Shown here: positions 48,022-61,525 of the stretch, piece after piece
Layout of the letters: every line of letters starts with the position of its first letter
Position numbering within the stretch: position 1 is the first letter of the stretch
Source of the DNA: Squalus acanthias
Lineage: Eukaryota
Assembly (NCBI GenBank): GCA_030390025.1
Contig: CM059433.1
Span: 2,170,001 to 2,234,000, forward strand
DNA: 64,000 nt
Direction of reading: 5' to 3'
Notes under the pieces: generated by a model
What the model saw: only the letters and a program-made list of their open reading frames with translations
What the model was told of the DNA's origin: nothing
Database searches by the model: none
Made by a program: the position numbers and the translations under genes

Positions 48022-48419
48022 GCCTTGATTTCAAAATTCTCATCCTTGTTTTCAAATCCCTCCATGGCCTCGCCCCTCCCTATCTCTGTAATCTCCTTCA
48101 GCTCCCCCCCCCCCCCCCCCCCCGAGATATCTGCGCTCCTCTAATTCTGCCCTCTTGCGCATCCCTGATTATAATCGCTCAACCATTGGCGGCCGTGCCT
48201 TCTGTTGCCTGGGCCCTAAGCTCTGGAATTCCCTGCCTAAACCTCTCCGCCTCGCTACCTCTCTTTCCTCCTTTAAGACGCTCCTTAGTGTATTATAGGT
48301 CATCTGCCCTAATTTCTCCTTATGTGGCTCGGTGTCAAATTTTTTGTCTTTTAATACTCCTGTGAAGCGCCTTGGGACGTTTTAGTACGTTAAAGGCGCT
48401 ATATAAATACAAGTTGTTG
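48022..48419 (+). mobile_element. L2 3' fragment
   Basis: Matches 16987-17385, including the GGCGCTATATAAATACAAGTTG tail. Confidence 0.92.
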
Positions 48420-49539
48420 ATTGTATTAAAGGGTGTTGTGAAAGGCAGCTCTGTTTGTACAGATTTGCTGTTGGCAATCTAACCACAATACACTGTGGCT
48501 TTGCATTCATATTAAAGTCCTGAGTTTTTATATTCCTGTAAAAAAAAAAACTGAAGTTTCATGTGGTCCAATATAGTATATTGTTACCTGAGATAAGTTC
48601 AGTTAGAACAGATTGGGGATTGAACTTGTGACCTCCCTAGTCCTTATGATGCTGGTTAGTGCATTTATCCCAGAGGACCACAGATACCCCCTTGAGCTGT
48701 GGCATCTGACACCAGTCTGAAACTGATAACCGCAGCGCAGTAAAATATAATGTGTCACATGCTTTCATAGGTCTGGACATATCCTTTTGTACAGCCCCAC
48801 AGAAATCTCCAAAATGTTACTGGTGGGCAACATTCTCTATAATTTTGCCATCAGAAGTGGAATCATTGCCAGCCTCCTCTTCCACTGCTGGCAATGAGCC
48901 CAAAGCTGAAAAGTTTCATGTGGCACTAGAGCTACAACAAGGAAGACAAATCCAAAATACCTAATAGAAAGCAATTTTAATCACGGTCTCTCTAGTACAA
49001 GCTTTGCTGAAAACATCTTCCCAATGAACCGGCCCATCAGGCACCATGCCTGCCATTGCCATCTACTTCATCTACTATTCATGCTCATCTATTGCGTCAG
49101 GAATTTCCCCCCGTACAATGAATTCTATACAAAGTGGAACTGCAACTAAAATAATTTATTACTTAAAAGTGATTGATGTGTTATAAATTAGTGTGTTTTC
49201 CTCCAGTGCGTCCCCTTTTGTGCTGTGTACAGTAAGTGCCAATATCTAGGGGGAGACGGTAGTGGGGTGTACTGAGTAGCTCCTGAGATGGAGATGGCTA
49301 ATGGGTCATGAGATGTCTATAGATGCGCACTTCCAGCATAGGTCACTAGATAGAGATGAGTTGGGAGGTACCTTGGACGATTATTTTTACCCATTCTTCG
49401 CAACTTCCACAAACCTAACCGAGCTGACCCAAAGACTGGGTCTGAAAACATACTCTGTTTTTTACACAGGGAATTTCCTCAGGGCTTCTCTCGCTCCATT
49501 GCCATAATTTCGGCTCAGCTTTAATTAGCATGAGCTCTT

Positions 49540-49682
49540 TCCACCCTCGACTCCTCTCTACCTACCTTTAAAACCATTCTCAAAGCAAATCCCTGAAACA
49601 AATCTTTCAGCTCAGTGTCCAATCCTGTGAAGCACCTTGGGATGTTTCTGTGGAGAGTGCTATATAAATGCAAGTTGTTGTC
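49540..49682 (+). mobile_element. L2-type 3' tail remnant
   Basis: cctgtgaagcaccttgggatgttt..gtgctatataaatgcaagttgttg. Confidence 0.65.
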
Positions 49683-49949
49683 ATGTATTTTATAATGTTT
49701 GATTTTTTTTGTGCTCATCAAAGTGAGGGATGTTCGTGCTGGGAATGAAACTCTTCCCATTTTAGAGAATGGTGCCCAGGGTCACGGGCCAGGCGTAGCA
49801 CAGCCAGATGCAGAGTAAAGCTCCCTGATGTGATTTTTTTCCCCCTCAAATTCAAATACTAATTGGTGCCGAATTAGACACCGTTTTTTGCAGGATTTGA
49901 AACTCATTTCACATTGGACTTTTGCAAACAGCAGAGACTTTCACCCTAT

Positions 49950-50439
49950 GGCTTAGAAATTCAGAGGTTTAGCGCCAGCTGTTAAGGCCGGTTCGCTTCG
50001 GTGAGGGCAAAAGAAGAGACATTGTTTAGCTTCATCTGAAGCAGGTGTTAGGCCATTAACACATTCAAATCAGAGCCGAAAGCCTGCTTCTTCTCCCTCT
50101 TGCAAATTTGGCTTGTATCTGAGGCAGCCAGCGCCAGTGGAAAACAAACATTAAATAGCGCCGAATGGGGGGAAAAAAAGGGAAGTACTTACCATTATCA
50201 TCTCCGACCTCACTCCCAACTCCAACCTCCAGGTCCCCCAGATCCTAGCCCTGAGCCCGACCTACCTCAGAATCCTTGCTGGGCATTCAGCTGTTCAGCG
50301 CTGGGCTGAACGCCTCAATAATGATAATGAGCTGGCAGCACCAAGATCCGATGCTGCCTGCGATCTTTTTACGTGCGCGAGCAAATCTCGTCCCATGGAG
50401 GCACTGCCCGTTTACGGGCTTTGTCGGATTTCTAGGCCC
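49950..50439. mobile_element. Degenerate Harbinger-type MITE
   Basis: GGCTTAGAAATTC / GGATTTCTAGGCC imperfect TIR; TSD unclear. Confidence 0.5.
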
Positions 50440-50919
50440 TTGTGCCTGGGCAGGATTTTAACCCAATCTCCAGAGCAGAAAGGCCAGTGTCTAACCTGCT
50501 GTGCCACCCAGTTTCCTACTAGATTCTTTAATAATAAAGTCCAACTCTTGTTCAAAGATCCTTGAGATCTTTTTTGGAGTAAAAGGATGACCTGAGTGAG
50601 TCCATCTTGTAATGATTGAAATCGAACAAAATAATGGACACCAGTTATGTTGCGAGTAGATTGTTAGTGGTTTATTTTAAGAGCAAGATGACTGAGCTAT
50701 TCATCACTTTGTATACAACTTCAATTTTCCAGAAAAATATACAAATAGCCACAAAGCCAACCACAGACACCTTATTTTGTGATTCCTTGCAGAATAAAAA
50801 GGCTCAAACATTTTGGTGTGAGGACTTTTGTACAATGTTTTTGCTGCTTCTCAATATGGATATCACTTAGTTACAATGCTCCTACTCATTAACTTAAGGC
50901 CTAATATGTTTTTACACAG

Positions 50920-51048
50920 TATGTGAAACAGATTTGCATTCTGCTCCTGGACCAATCCATCCTGCTGCCAGCATTGAAGCTTGGAATAGAAAGTGGTAAC
51001 CATGAGCTACAGACACTGGCAATGGAACGGATAAGAGCTGTCACTCAG
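50920..51048 (+). CDS. NBAS: NBAS coding exon (about ex51, 129 nt)
   Basis: acacag|TAT ... CAG|gtatga; YVKQICILLLDQSILLPALKLGIESGNHELQTLAMERIRAVTQ; read manually. Confidence 0.95.
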
Positions 51049-52223
51049 GTATGAACAGTTCAATTGCAAATCTCTTAAATCTCACGGTAATGAACCAGCA
51101 TTTTTATCTAAAACTTCAAAAAGGATAAATCTTTCTAATACGCTAAGAGTCAGATCACTCAACGGATTCCTTGATAATATGTATAGAACAAAAAGAATAA
51201 ATTGTATTTGTACATATTTTATCTACAAATCTATCCAACCATGATTTAAAAAGGATGACTTGCCCTAGATTATCCTAGTTTTGTACCTGAACAGGAAACC
51301 CGAGTGATATGGTGAAATTAAATAACCAAAAATTACAGTAGAACAAGATGATTACTGGAAAAAAATGTTTTGTCTTCTTGGATAATTAATGCAACAATTG
51401 GATTTCTACAATAAATACCAACATGCATTATGCAAACCAAGATTGATTCAGAGATTAAGCAAAGCTTAGGGAGCAAATTGATCCTGCAATTTGTGTTTCA
51501 CTGTTGGGGTTGAATGCAGTACATGAACTCAGGTTTATTATTTTAGTTTTGTGATAGTTGTGAGTATCAAACATGAATTTATCCAACTGTGTGTTTTAAA
51601 AACATTGTTTTCCTGGCAGTTAACTCTGGTAGTCCAGTTGGTTTTGCACTTGTCAATTAGAAGGTTGCAAGTTGGTTCTTGATTGCCTGTCACTTGAGCA
51701 GAGTTGGCTTCGTGCTTGCTCTCCCTTTATACCGAGACTGCTTGGTATATCATTACATAAAATAGTGCAGAAGGAAAAAGCGCTACTAAGTTCAGCTCCC
51801 TTGAATTGAGCCTTCCAATGGCATGGTGATGGTAGAAAACCTGCTGCAGATTGTGCTATCCTGGGTGGAAAAAATTTATATGTTATTGAATGGCCTGCAA
51901 GCAAAGGGAAAAATGTGTACCTGTAGAGGAAATTTAAAACAGGAACAAGATTACACACAATACCTTCTGTTTCTCTGTGACTGTTGAATTTGACTTAAAT
52001 TCATCTGGCAATTTGAATTCATCTTGAACTTTGAAAAGCTGTGTGCTTGAAATAATGATTTGAGTGACTATAGATTAGAGTTGAAGTGCAGTGAAGTGTT
52101 TAAAAGGAAAAACAATTGCAGATACTGCAAACGTGAAGTAAAAGCAGTTAATGTTGGCATTGCACGGAAGATCATCAGCATCTGAAAAGAGAAAACTGAG
52201 GATGTTTCTGGTAGAGCACCTTA

Positions 52224-52561
52224 GATTCATAACGGCACAGAAGGAGGCCATTCGGCCCATCGAGTCCGTGCCGGCTCTCTGTAGAGCAATCCAGTCAGTC
52301 CCATTCCCCCGCTCTATCCCTGTAGCCCTGCAAGTTTATTTCCCTCAAGTGCCTATCCAGTCTCCCCTTGAAAACATTGAGTGTCTCCGCTTCCACCACT
52401 TCCGTCGACAGCGAGTTCCAGGTCCTCACCACTCGCTGCGTAAAAAAGTTTTTCCTCGCATCCCCCCTGTATCTCTTGCCCAAAACCTTAAATCTGTGTC
52501 CCCTAGTCCTTGTACCATCAACTAGTGGGAACAGCCTTTCCCCGTCTAGCCTATCCAAACC
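52224..52561 (-). mobile_element. CR1 3' fragment
   Basis: DRLDGERLFPLVDGTRTRGHRFKV...FFTQRVVRTWNSL. Confidence 0.9.
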
Positions 52562-53640
52562 TTCTTCACATCTTCCAAAGGCTATCTACTCAAAGTGGTA
52601 AACTACCTGTTATGTATAACATTCGGTATGAGGGATGTGTGATTGATCAAAAACTCTAATGTGAATGTTGCTCCTCTAGGTAATCCCATTACAGTACCTG
52701 TAGTATCAGTTAGACCAGCAAGTGATAATTTTCAGTGTAGCAACTTACCTGTCACACTCGATGTCACGTACAGAAGGTGCTGTGTAATAGTGAGAGTATA
52801 TATTTAAAATAAAAGTAAATATTTACTTAGTAGCTTTTAAAAATATTTTTTAAGTCCTCCTTGTCCAGGTTTTTATTACCCACCCACCTCCTTCCCTGCC
52901 TCTGGCCATCCAGGATATATAGCCACGTCCCGTGCGCCCCCCCCCCCACAACCCTGTTTGACAGGAATACTGCACTTGGCTTTGACTTCCCATGTGCAAT
53001 GCCATGGGAGATCAAATAGTGTTTAAAATGAACTGTCTTCTACTCTGTCGTGCTTGGGAAACTCTGTTATACTTCAGAGCATCTCAAATGAAAAACATAC
53101 TTCCTACTTGCCTGTTTGGCTGAAATAATTACCATCTGTTAAGCTAATGACGCTGATTCTGTTCATTATAGGCGTGTAGGAAAGGCACTCAATCGTAAAC
53201 CAATAAACAGATGGAAAAAGCTAGCAATTAAGAATCACCAACCAATACAAAACTAACCAATCAAATGTTCCTTTTTTTTCTGCCCTAAAGTTACCAACTA
53301 TGCAACTGCATTAAAGCTAAGCAATCAAATCTCTTTTTAAAAAAAAATCTGATTTTGACCATGCTGTTCACTTCTCCAGATAGATATAAACTGGGTGCGC
53401 AAATAACGGAACATGTGTGAGAGCCATACAGAAAAGAGGGGTAACACAGCAAAGGAGAAACTTATACAAACAGTGAGAGAAAGAGAGTCGGATCAAATAG
53501 ACATGTCTGGAAGCATACGGAAAGAGAAAAAAGAGGGAAGAGCAATACAGAACAAAGTAGAGAATAGGAAATAAGAGTTGCAAAAAAAAGCGGCAATTTT
53601 AATAATGCTACAATTATATAATAATACATTGTTACACAAA

Positions 53641-54093
53641 AAGAAAGACTTCATTTCTATAGCGCATTTCACAACCACCGGACGTCTCAAAGTGCTTTAC
53701 AGCCAATGAAGTACTTTTGGAGTGTAGTCCCTGTTGTAATGTGGGAAACACAGCAGCCAATTTGCGCACAGCAAGCTCCCACAAACAGCAATGTGATAAT
53801 GACCAGAGAATCTGTTTTTGTTATGTTGGTTGAGGGAGATACCAGGGAGAACTCCCCTGCTCCTCTTCGAAATAGTGCCGTGGGATCTTTTACGTCCACC
53901 TGTGAGAGCAGACGGTGCCTCAGTTTAACGTCTCATCCGAAAGACGGCACCTCCGACAGTGCAGCACTCCCTCAGCACTGCACTGGGAGTGTCAGCCTAG
54001 CTTTATATGCTCAAGTGTCTGGAGTGGGACTTGAACCCACAACCTTCTGACTCAGAGGCAAGTGTGTGCTACCCACTGAGCCACAGCCGACAC
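53641..54093 (-). mobile_element. tRNA-derived Deu-domain SINE (SacSINE1-like), near full length
   Basis: A/B boxes, Deu-like core and GCGCTATAGAAATGAAGTCTTTCTT tail on the - strand. Confidence 0.88.
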
Positions 54094-54859
54094 AAGACAA
54101 AGCACCCCGTTGCTTTAAAACAGCGTTATCCTCTCACCCACCAGGAGGGTCACTCGTCATTTCCCTCGAGGTGAAGCGTATTTTCAGCATTTTCTGCTTT
54201 TATTTCCAGTGCAGTTAAGTCGGGTACATATTCACGATATTGTATACTTGTTACCATTTTATATTCTAAGTAATGGAAAAGCAACAAAGCGTGCAAGTAT
54301 TCCTGAATTGGCGGTAGGAGAAGTTAAGTCCTGCACTTAGTTCAGAAAGTAATTTTGACACATCATAACCTACAAATATATCTGATACTAAGATTTTTTT
54401 GGTTTCCACATTTGAAGGTTTGTATTGTATGGAAAGTCAATTTCAATCCTGCTATAATAGGTTGAATATCAGCAGATGTAGTAAATTGCTTACCCATGAG
54501 TACATAATCCTTCTCAAAGCAGAATTCACATTTTAAAAGAATTTTGTGCTACCGATACTTCATCTCTGCCTTGTCACATGGTTGTCTTGATATCGGTGGG
54601 GGTGGTATTGGCATGTTGGAGCACTTTCCCATCAGGACAGCCTGGTTTCTGCATTCTCCTAGCCGCCCTGTGCATTTGTTTCCGCTTCCCCTCCTGCTAG
54701 TTTTCTCTCTCAGGACTTTTTATACACCTTTCCATTCTTTCTGCTGCCGCAATGCACACTCTGAACAGACATTAAAAGTCCAGCCCTGGCAACCTGGGCC
54801 TTTAAGTTTTTTTAGTGGCTCAGGGGATCTGAACAAGGGGACATAGATATGAAATTAAA

Positions 54860-55126
54860 TATAAAAGATTTAGGACAGAGAGCAGGAGAAACTTTAACAC
54901 AGAGGTCTGTGAGGCTCTAGAATGTACTGCCGGAGTTAGTGATTAAAGCAGAAACCTTGTCAACATTTAAGGATAGTTTAGATCGGTGGTTGAAGGAAAG
55001 GGGATAAAGTGATTCGGGAACAGAGCAGGCACATGGGATTCAGACCACAGTTCATGTGGAGGATAAAAGGCAACACAGACTGGTTGGTCCTAACAGCCTG
55101 TTTCCATTTTGTAATTTGTATGTAAT
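54860..55126 (+). mobile_element. Degraded CR1 3' fragment
   Basis: tttaggacagagagcaggagaaactttaacacagagg..cctgtttccattttgtaatt. Confidence 0.65.
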
Positions 55127-55919
55127 TGCACCTTAACAGGCCCCTAGCTTGCAAAAACAGGATTACTGTGGAGTCAGTGCACTAACATGCTTTACACCTG
55201 TTTACTCCCTGAAGCAACCTTAGGAGCTTGAGCAAACGTTAATGACTGCTCCATTACTGCTAATGCGTAAAATTATTACACTTTAACCTGAAATTAGCTC
55301 GCGAAACAGCTCAAATACACGGAGCCACTTAAGTCTTGGGAAATTCTGGCTTTTGTTCTGCTGATGCTGGAAACCTTGGATACATTACAAGTCTAGTGGA
55401 AGATCAAGCTTGCTACAACTGAAGAAAAATAGAAGTATCCTTCTACTGCAGAAGTAGGAATCATTCTTTATTGACTGTTGACAATTGAGATGTACATCTG
55501 CATCGTGAGAGTAACTAGCTTCAGGCATTTATGTTTCAAAATTTAATCTTACGGTTGGCTTTTTGAAGATGGAATTTGCCCAAGTACTCCTTGGATCTCC
55601 AGAGCTTGCCAACCTTACACAGAATGCCATCTGTTTCTATCTTCCTGACACTTCGACTTTGACCAGATTTATCTGGAGAATTCAAAAACTCTGCATGAAG
55701 TGTGCATTTGAGTTGAAGTACATTGAGCAGGGAAGTAGAAATCTCCCAAGATATTCTACACAAAATCACTGTTTAAACCAGGTAAATATTAGCAGGAATA
55801 AAGCTTGTTACATTAGCTGTTGTTTACTTCAAATCTGAACTTGTTATAACCCCCTTCCCATGCTGCAATTATTTGAAGGTTCATGAAACTTTCAGAAAAA
55901 CTCTCCCCTCGCACATTCT

Positions 55920-56072
55920 TGGATAAGATACAAGATAAGGGAGTCAAGGGTTATGGGGATTGGGCAGGGAAATGGAGTTGAGGCCAAGATCAGCTCAGCC
56001 ATGATCCTATTGAATGGCGGAGCAGGCTCGAGGGGCCAAATGACCTACTCCTGCTCCTACATCTTATATTAT
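55920..56072 (+). mobile_element. CR1 3' UTR fragment
   Basis: Reverse complement of 2837-2975. Confidence 0.85.
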
Positions 56073-56269
56073 GTAGATAAAGCTTGTCTGATGGATGATC
56101 CTTTTCTCTTACTCAAGTCAAGACCAATTTGAATTTTTCAGGTCAAGCAGGTTTAGAGGCTGGGATAATGGAACCAATTTGTGGGAGGGGGTGAGGAAGG
56201 GAGGGAAAAGACAGTGAGGGAGGGAGGGGGAATGGATGGACAGAGATGAGCCAAAGGTCATAAGATCAT

Positions 56270-56960
56270 CTCGGAAGAATGGCGGGGTTGCTGCAGGAAA
56301 ATGAACTCAGCAGGTGTGTGGAGGACATGGCTAAACATCTGCTCAGCGCGAAGCTTGCTGAAAAGTTGCAGGGGGTTTAGTTTGGGTGAAAATATTGTCA
56401 GGACAGTGGGTTCAGGGCCGTGAGCGTGCTCTGGAGTTGGGGGGGGGGGGAGCAAAAGCTTTGGGGCACATGGGTTTCTCGACTGGGGTGGGGCGGGGGA
56501 AACCAGGCCGAGAAATTCCTCGGTGTGGGCGAAAGTTGGAGACGGCGGAAGACTTGCTCAGTGGGGGTAGGGGGCAGCTATGGACTTGCTCTGCATGGGG
56601 ATGGGGAGGATTGGAAACTTCATTAGTCGGGGGTGGGAGAGGTTGACGCTGAAAACCTGCTCAGTGGTGTGGGAGTGAAGAGTGGTTGAACTGCAGGCTT
56701 CTTCATCAGATCGATCTGATGCCAAAAGCCTGCTAAACATGCGGGGCTGGGGAGGGGAGGAGGCGGAAAGAAAGACTTCATCAATGCAGGAAATTCTAAG
56801 GGGCTATAATGTGTTCGGGGATTGCTGAAGACTTCATCAGTGGGGGTAAGTGCCAAAAACCTACTCCAATGGGGGGAGATTTGGGGTTCAAGCTGCTTGC
56901 TCAGTGACGGGGAGGGGGGCAGGGAGGAGAAGCCGATATCGAAAGCTTGCTTGGCAGGTT
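56270..56960. repeat. Degenerate purine-rich tandem-like repeat
   Basis: Recurrent AAGACTTGCTCAGTGGGG-like motif. Confidence 0.5.
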
Positions 56961-58019
56961 TACGTAAGTGGATTTTGTTGCATTTGCACTGTTTGCACTA
57001 ACTTTCCATTTATGTGGCTTGATGGTTTTCACTTGAACTTTCTACAATTATCAGGTTTCTACATTTCGATGTTTCTTCTGGCTGCTTGGTACCTGATTTG
57101 CCAATTTTGCTCATGGGCACTTTTCTATTTTTACTTCTGTTGGTGTCTCTTTTGCCCATTCAGATCAGAATCTTCTCAAAGTACTCGCGTCCCTCATGCA
57201 CATCCACTTCGGTTTCTTCGCAAAGTACCATCTTTACATTAGGCACTCCAGCAGGATCATCGGGGTTTATGTTTCATGCTTTTCTTTTAAAAGGAATGTG
57301 ATTGCGACTTCTAAATGTTCCTACTCATGGCTTCTATTTATGCTTGCTGTGATGTCGGAATCAGTTAGTCCTTTGAGGCATGATTACCTAAGAGTGGTGT
57401 TTAGGTTGTCACGTAACATTAGATGGCACTCCATTGCTTTCAATTTATGTTGACCGTGTCGCCTAATGGTGCGATATCTTTAGAATCCTGAGACCAATCA
57501 CATATATACTTTAAATATTTTATATTTAGTGTGTGCCCTTGCAGTCAACAGTGTCTCTTGTAAGACTGTTGTGTCAGATAAAATGTAGTGAAATTAGCAT
57601 CTTAAGAGTTTATAGTACAGAGTGAAGTAAAGCTTCATAGTATGACAGAAAATAACTGAAGAAGAGAGGAAATTGATGACACCAAGCCTGCTATCCATTT
57701 AAAATCTGAATTGGCTTGTCAATTGAATTGTATACACTGAGCCTTGCTTTACAAACCCTTCTGATAACACATCGAACAGCAGACATTGCGAGGACTATTA
57801 AATGGGTCTGTGTTGGTGCGGTGGTTGCCTCCTGAACATCAATACACAATCAACTTTTAACTCCCTCCCACCAACATAATTTGCAAAGTCTTTCCAATTC
57901 AGTTGAACTCCAATTCTCAGCTGAACTCCAATTCCCGCATTCAGGTCCATTTTGCCTGACAACAAAGGCTTTGCCTTTGAGGTTCTGGAGACCTGTTGGG
58001 CGAATATTTAAAAAATTGT

Positions 58020-58352
58020 ATTCATCTGGTACCTTTCATGTTCTCAGGAAATCCCAAAGCCCTTTCCAGCCAATGAATTGCTTTTGAAGTGTGATCACTG
58101 TTTTTATGCAGATAAACACAGCAGATAGTTTGAGCAGTAGTGAGCTAAATGACCAGTTAATCTGTTTTGATGCTAATGGCTGAGAGATAAATGTTAGTCA
58201 CAACACCTGGCGAGCTCCCTGCTCTTCTTCAAATAGCGCCATAAGAACAGGATTGCGCACCTGAACAAGCAGACAGTTTAACGTCCTATCCAAAAGGTGG
58301 CCCCTCCAACACTGTAGCCCCCCTTCAGTACTACACTGGAATATCAGTCTAG
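58020..58352 (-). mobile_element. Degraded Deu-domain SINE
   Basis: Homologous to 53670-54000. Confidence 0.7.
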
Positions 58353-60224
58353 ATTTAGTAAATATGCTGTGGTTCTGTTAAGATAATGAATATTAACGTT
58401 AGGGCGCCATCATGATTACCCAGACATGCACAGGGGTGCCCAGTTACTGCACGGATATTTTTAATTAAGAAAGTAATTGAAAATGAAGATTCCCTCCACT
58501 CAAAAAAAAATACTGCTTGTGCTCAATCCCAACAGATTTTGCAAACAGGGTCTCTGCATTCAAGCATATAACCTGAATGGAGATTCCACTACCACCGCCA
58601 CCCCCTCCCCCCCCCCCCCCTTCCAGTATCTGATACCAGTTTTATAAGTAAAGTACCAAAAATGCACCCTAGTGAGAACACAAAGTTCATCCTTCGGTGG
58701 ACAACTGGATTACGACCATATCATAGGAGGAAACCCTCGATAAAGTCAGCTCTGGCCCAGGGGGATGCAGTCCAGAATAAAGTCTACCATGCATCCACAT
58801 GCTTTTCGCACTTCCAGCCAATGTTTTTAAGCCAAAATGCAATGATAATCACTTGTAAGTGTTTATTAGCAATTACTTTGAACAAAAAGGCAAAGGATAT
58901 AACTTCACAAAAAGTACACTGTTTAGGCTTTTTTTCTTGTGACAAAACTTTGTGAAGGTGAATCCAAAAATGTTGCAATTCTAGTACTCTGCATTCAATA
59001 TTTTGCCTTGTGAAGAACAGTAATCCGTGTTCGCTCCGAAAAGATGTCATTGTGAAAAATAAATTGTACTAATTTGCTCACATACTGCACCCCTAGAATT
59101 TCTGTTCTGCACCGTTGGTAATTAATAAATTGCCATTTTTTATTCAGGTAGCATATAAATTTTGGCCATATTTTAGAACTAAATTCACAAATAAAAACAG
59201 CAAAATTATAACATGAAAGGAGATTTATAAATGCTTGTATTTACTTTGTGTGCAACATTATCCCTGTGGAATGTAAACTGGTTAACAATTTGTGGCGCAT
59301 CGTTAGAACATGAAGAATGTCAAAGCAGCATGTATCTTTCACGTATTATTGACAGGCCTGTTAGACAAGAAGCAGATTGCTTATGTGGCACATATATACT
59401 CAAATCCTTGATGATGTGGCAGAAGTTTTACTAAATAAAAGTAGTGTCTGACGGTAAGGAGAAATTCTGCAAGTGTTGTCACTGAGCAGCACGAACCTGG
59501 TTCCATAACAGGAGCATGTTGTCAGGAACCCGACATCCAACACACCTCCTACTCCTCTTCCTCCTTTTTGCTCCTGGAGCTGTACAATGTTTATTTACAG
59601 TCCCGTCAATGTGAGACAAATTGTAGTAGATTTCCGTACATTGTGCTGAAGACTTGTATAATTTTTCAGTTTATAATAATGAAGTTCTCATGAAACATCG
59701 ATTGGGGAACACGAAGAAACAACTAATACAGAAAAATCTTGATACAAACATAACAAGTTTGCCAAGAAATGGCATGCTTGGGCAGGATCTATGTAAATGT
59801 CAGGTCAAAGTAATGTCATTGGCAATCTTTGTACCATTTAATCATTCGTTAAGCAACTCCATTAAACTCACAACTTTTTTTTTTAACTTTCTAACTTTAA
59901 TCTTCCATAGAACACAGATGGGCTTTAGGGCTGGAATAAAATTACGTTTATTGCTATCCTTGGCATTTTGTTTAATGATTTTTTTATATATTGTATTTGT
60001 AAAATATGTCTGTCTTGAGATTTTCTGCACCAAGTAATTTCCACTGTACAGAGTACCAGCTTCTTTGTGTTGTTTAGGTAGACATTTATTAGTCATTCTC
60101 ACTGTATGACCATAGAATTGCCATCCATTAGATATCACCGCTCTATCATCGAAGGTTGCCTATGACTAGTCACCAATGCTTCAGAATTCGCCTTGTACAT
60201 TTGATTTCAAATCTTTGGACTTTC

Positions 60225-61087
60225 TCATAAACTTCAAATGACATACTATGTGACTATAACAGTGGTAAACTATCCCTCCTCAACCTTCTAGACCTGTCTG
60301 CAGCCTTTGACACGTTTGACCACACCATCCCCCACCAACGCCTCTCTGTCGCCCAGCTGGGTGAGACTGGGACAGACTTCACCTGGTTCCATTCTCACCT
60401 GCAATGGCTTCTCTCCCACACCGTTACTTCTGGTGTCCCCCAAGGATCTATCCTTGGCCCCCTCCTATTTCTCATCTACTCACTGCCCTCGGCGACATCA
60501 TTTGAAAACATGACGTCAGGTTCCACATGTACACTGACGACACCCAGCTCTACCTCACCACCAACTCTCTCTTGACCCCTTCACTATCTGATTCGTCACG
60601 CTGCTTGTCCGACATCCAGTCCTGGATAATCAGAAATTTCCTCCAACTAATTATTGGAAAGACCAAAGCCATTGTTTTCAGTACTGCCACAAACTTCGTT
60701 CCCTAGCCACCGACTCTATCCCTCTCTGGTCACTCTCTGAGGCTGCACCACGATGTTCACAACCTTTACATCCTATATGACCCTGAGATGAGCTTCCGAC
60801 CACATATCCGCTCCTTCACCAAGACCGCCTACTTCCACCTCCATAACATCGCCTGTCTCCGCCCCTGCCTCGGCTCATCTTCTGCTGAAACCCTCATCCA
60901 TGCCTTTGTTACCTCTAGACTTGACTATTCTAATGCTATCCTGGCCAGCCTCCCGTCTTCCATACTCCATAAACTTGAGCTCATCCAAACCCCTGCTGCC
61001 CGTATCCTAACTCGCACCAAGTCCCATTCACCCACCCTTGTGCTCGCTGACCTACATTGGTCCGGCAACACCTCGATTTTAAAATTC
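60225..61087 (+). mobile_element. L2 RT fragment, degraded
   Basis: LDLSAAFD, GVPQGSILGP, SRLDYSNAILA. Confidence 0.88.
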
Positions 61088-61204
61088 AGATTTAGAATCA
61101 GCTATATGAAACTATCCACTGGTTCACTATCTTATCAGCATTTTGTATCCTCATGCCCTAAATCTTCCTATTATTGATCCTGTTTATTTTTGCTGTTGTA
61201 TTTA

Positions 61205-61372
61205 GTCGTCTTCTTAGGCAGTCCCTCGTAACCGAGGATGACTTGCTTCCACATTAAAAATGGGTTCGCAGGTGACTGATGAGTCCAATGCGGGACCTAC
61301 AATCTCTGTCACAGGTGGGGCAGATGGTGGTTGAAGGGGCGGGTGGGTGGGGTGCTTGGGTTGACGTGCGCT
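61205..61372 (-). mobile_element. RTE-clade LINE 3' end
   Basis: - strand encodes TTICPTCDRDCRSRIGLISHLRTHF* (terminal C2H2 finger), short 3' UTR and AAGAAGACGAC tail. Confidence 0.78.
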
Positions 61373-61525
61373 CATTTACGTACATTTATGTTGGTTCTCC
61401 TTTGCATTATCCCGTCAATAGCAAGTGTGAATATATTGGGAGAAAGTACAGTTGCTTGGTGTATCCTGTTATAATTAAAAAGTAGTCCAGAAGGACTCCA
61501 TTGGTCTTCACTTCGCTTTTCTTGG

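Larger units (their letters stand above)
5890..51048 (+). other. NBAS: NBAS gene, partial span covering 9 internal coding exons (about human exons 43-51); gene extends beyond both window ends
   Basis: Nine AG/GT-bounded exons with compatible phases (2-1-0-0-2-2-0-2-0-0) join into a single ORF recognisable as the vertebrate NBAS C-terminal region. Confidence 0.97.

Noticed and set aside
55138..55352. Additional MITE
   Set aside because: Ends too degenerate to define a TIR or TSD
55563..55838. 91-aa ORF with an internal CAG|GTAAAT donor-like site
   Set aside because: No similarity to NBAS or any family I recognise; no convincing acceptor
61275..61300. CTGATGAG-TCC..GGAC as a hammerhead core
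   Set aside because: No GAAA after the stem; it is the reverse strand of an RTE C2H2 coding end
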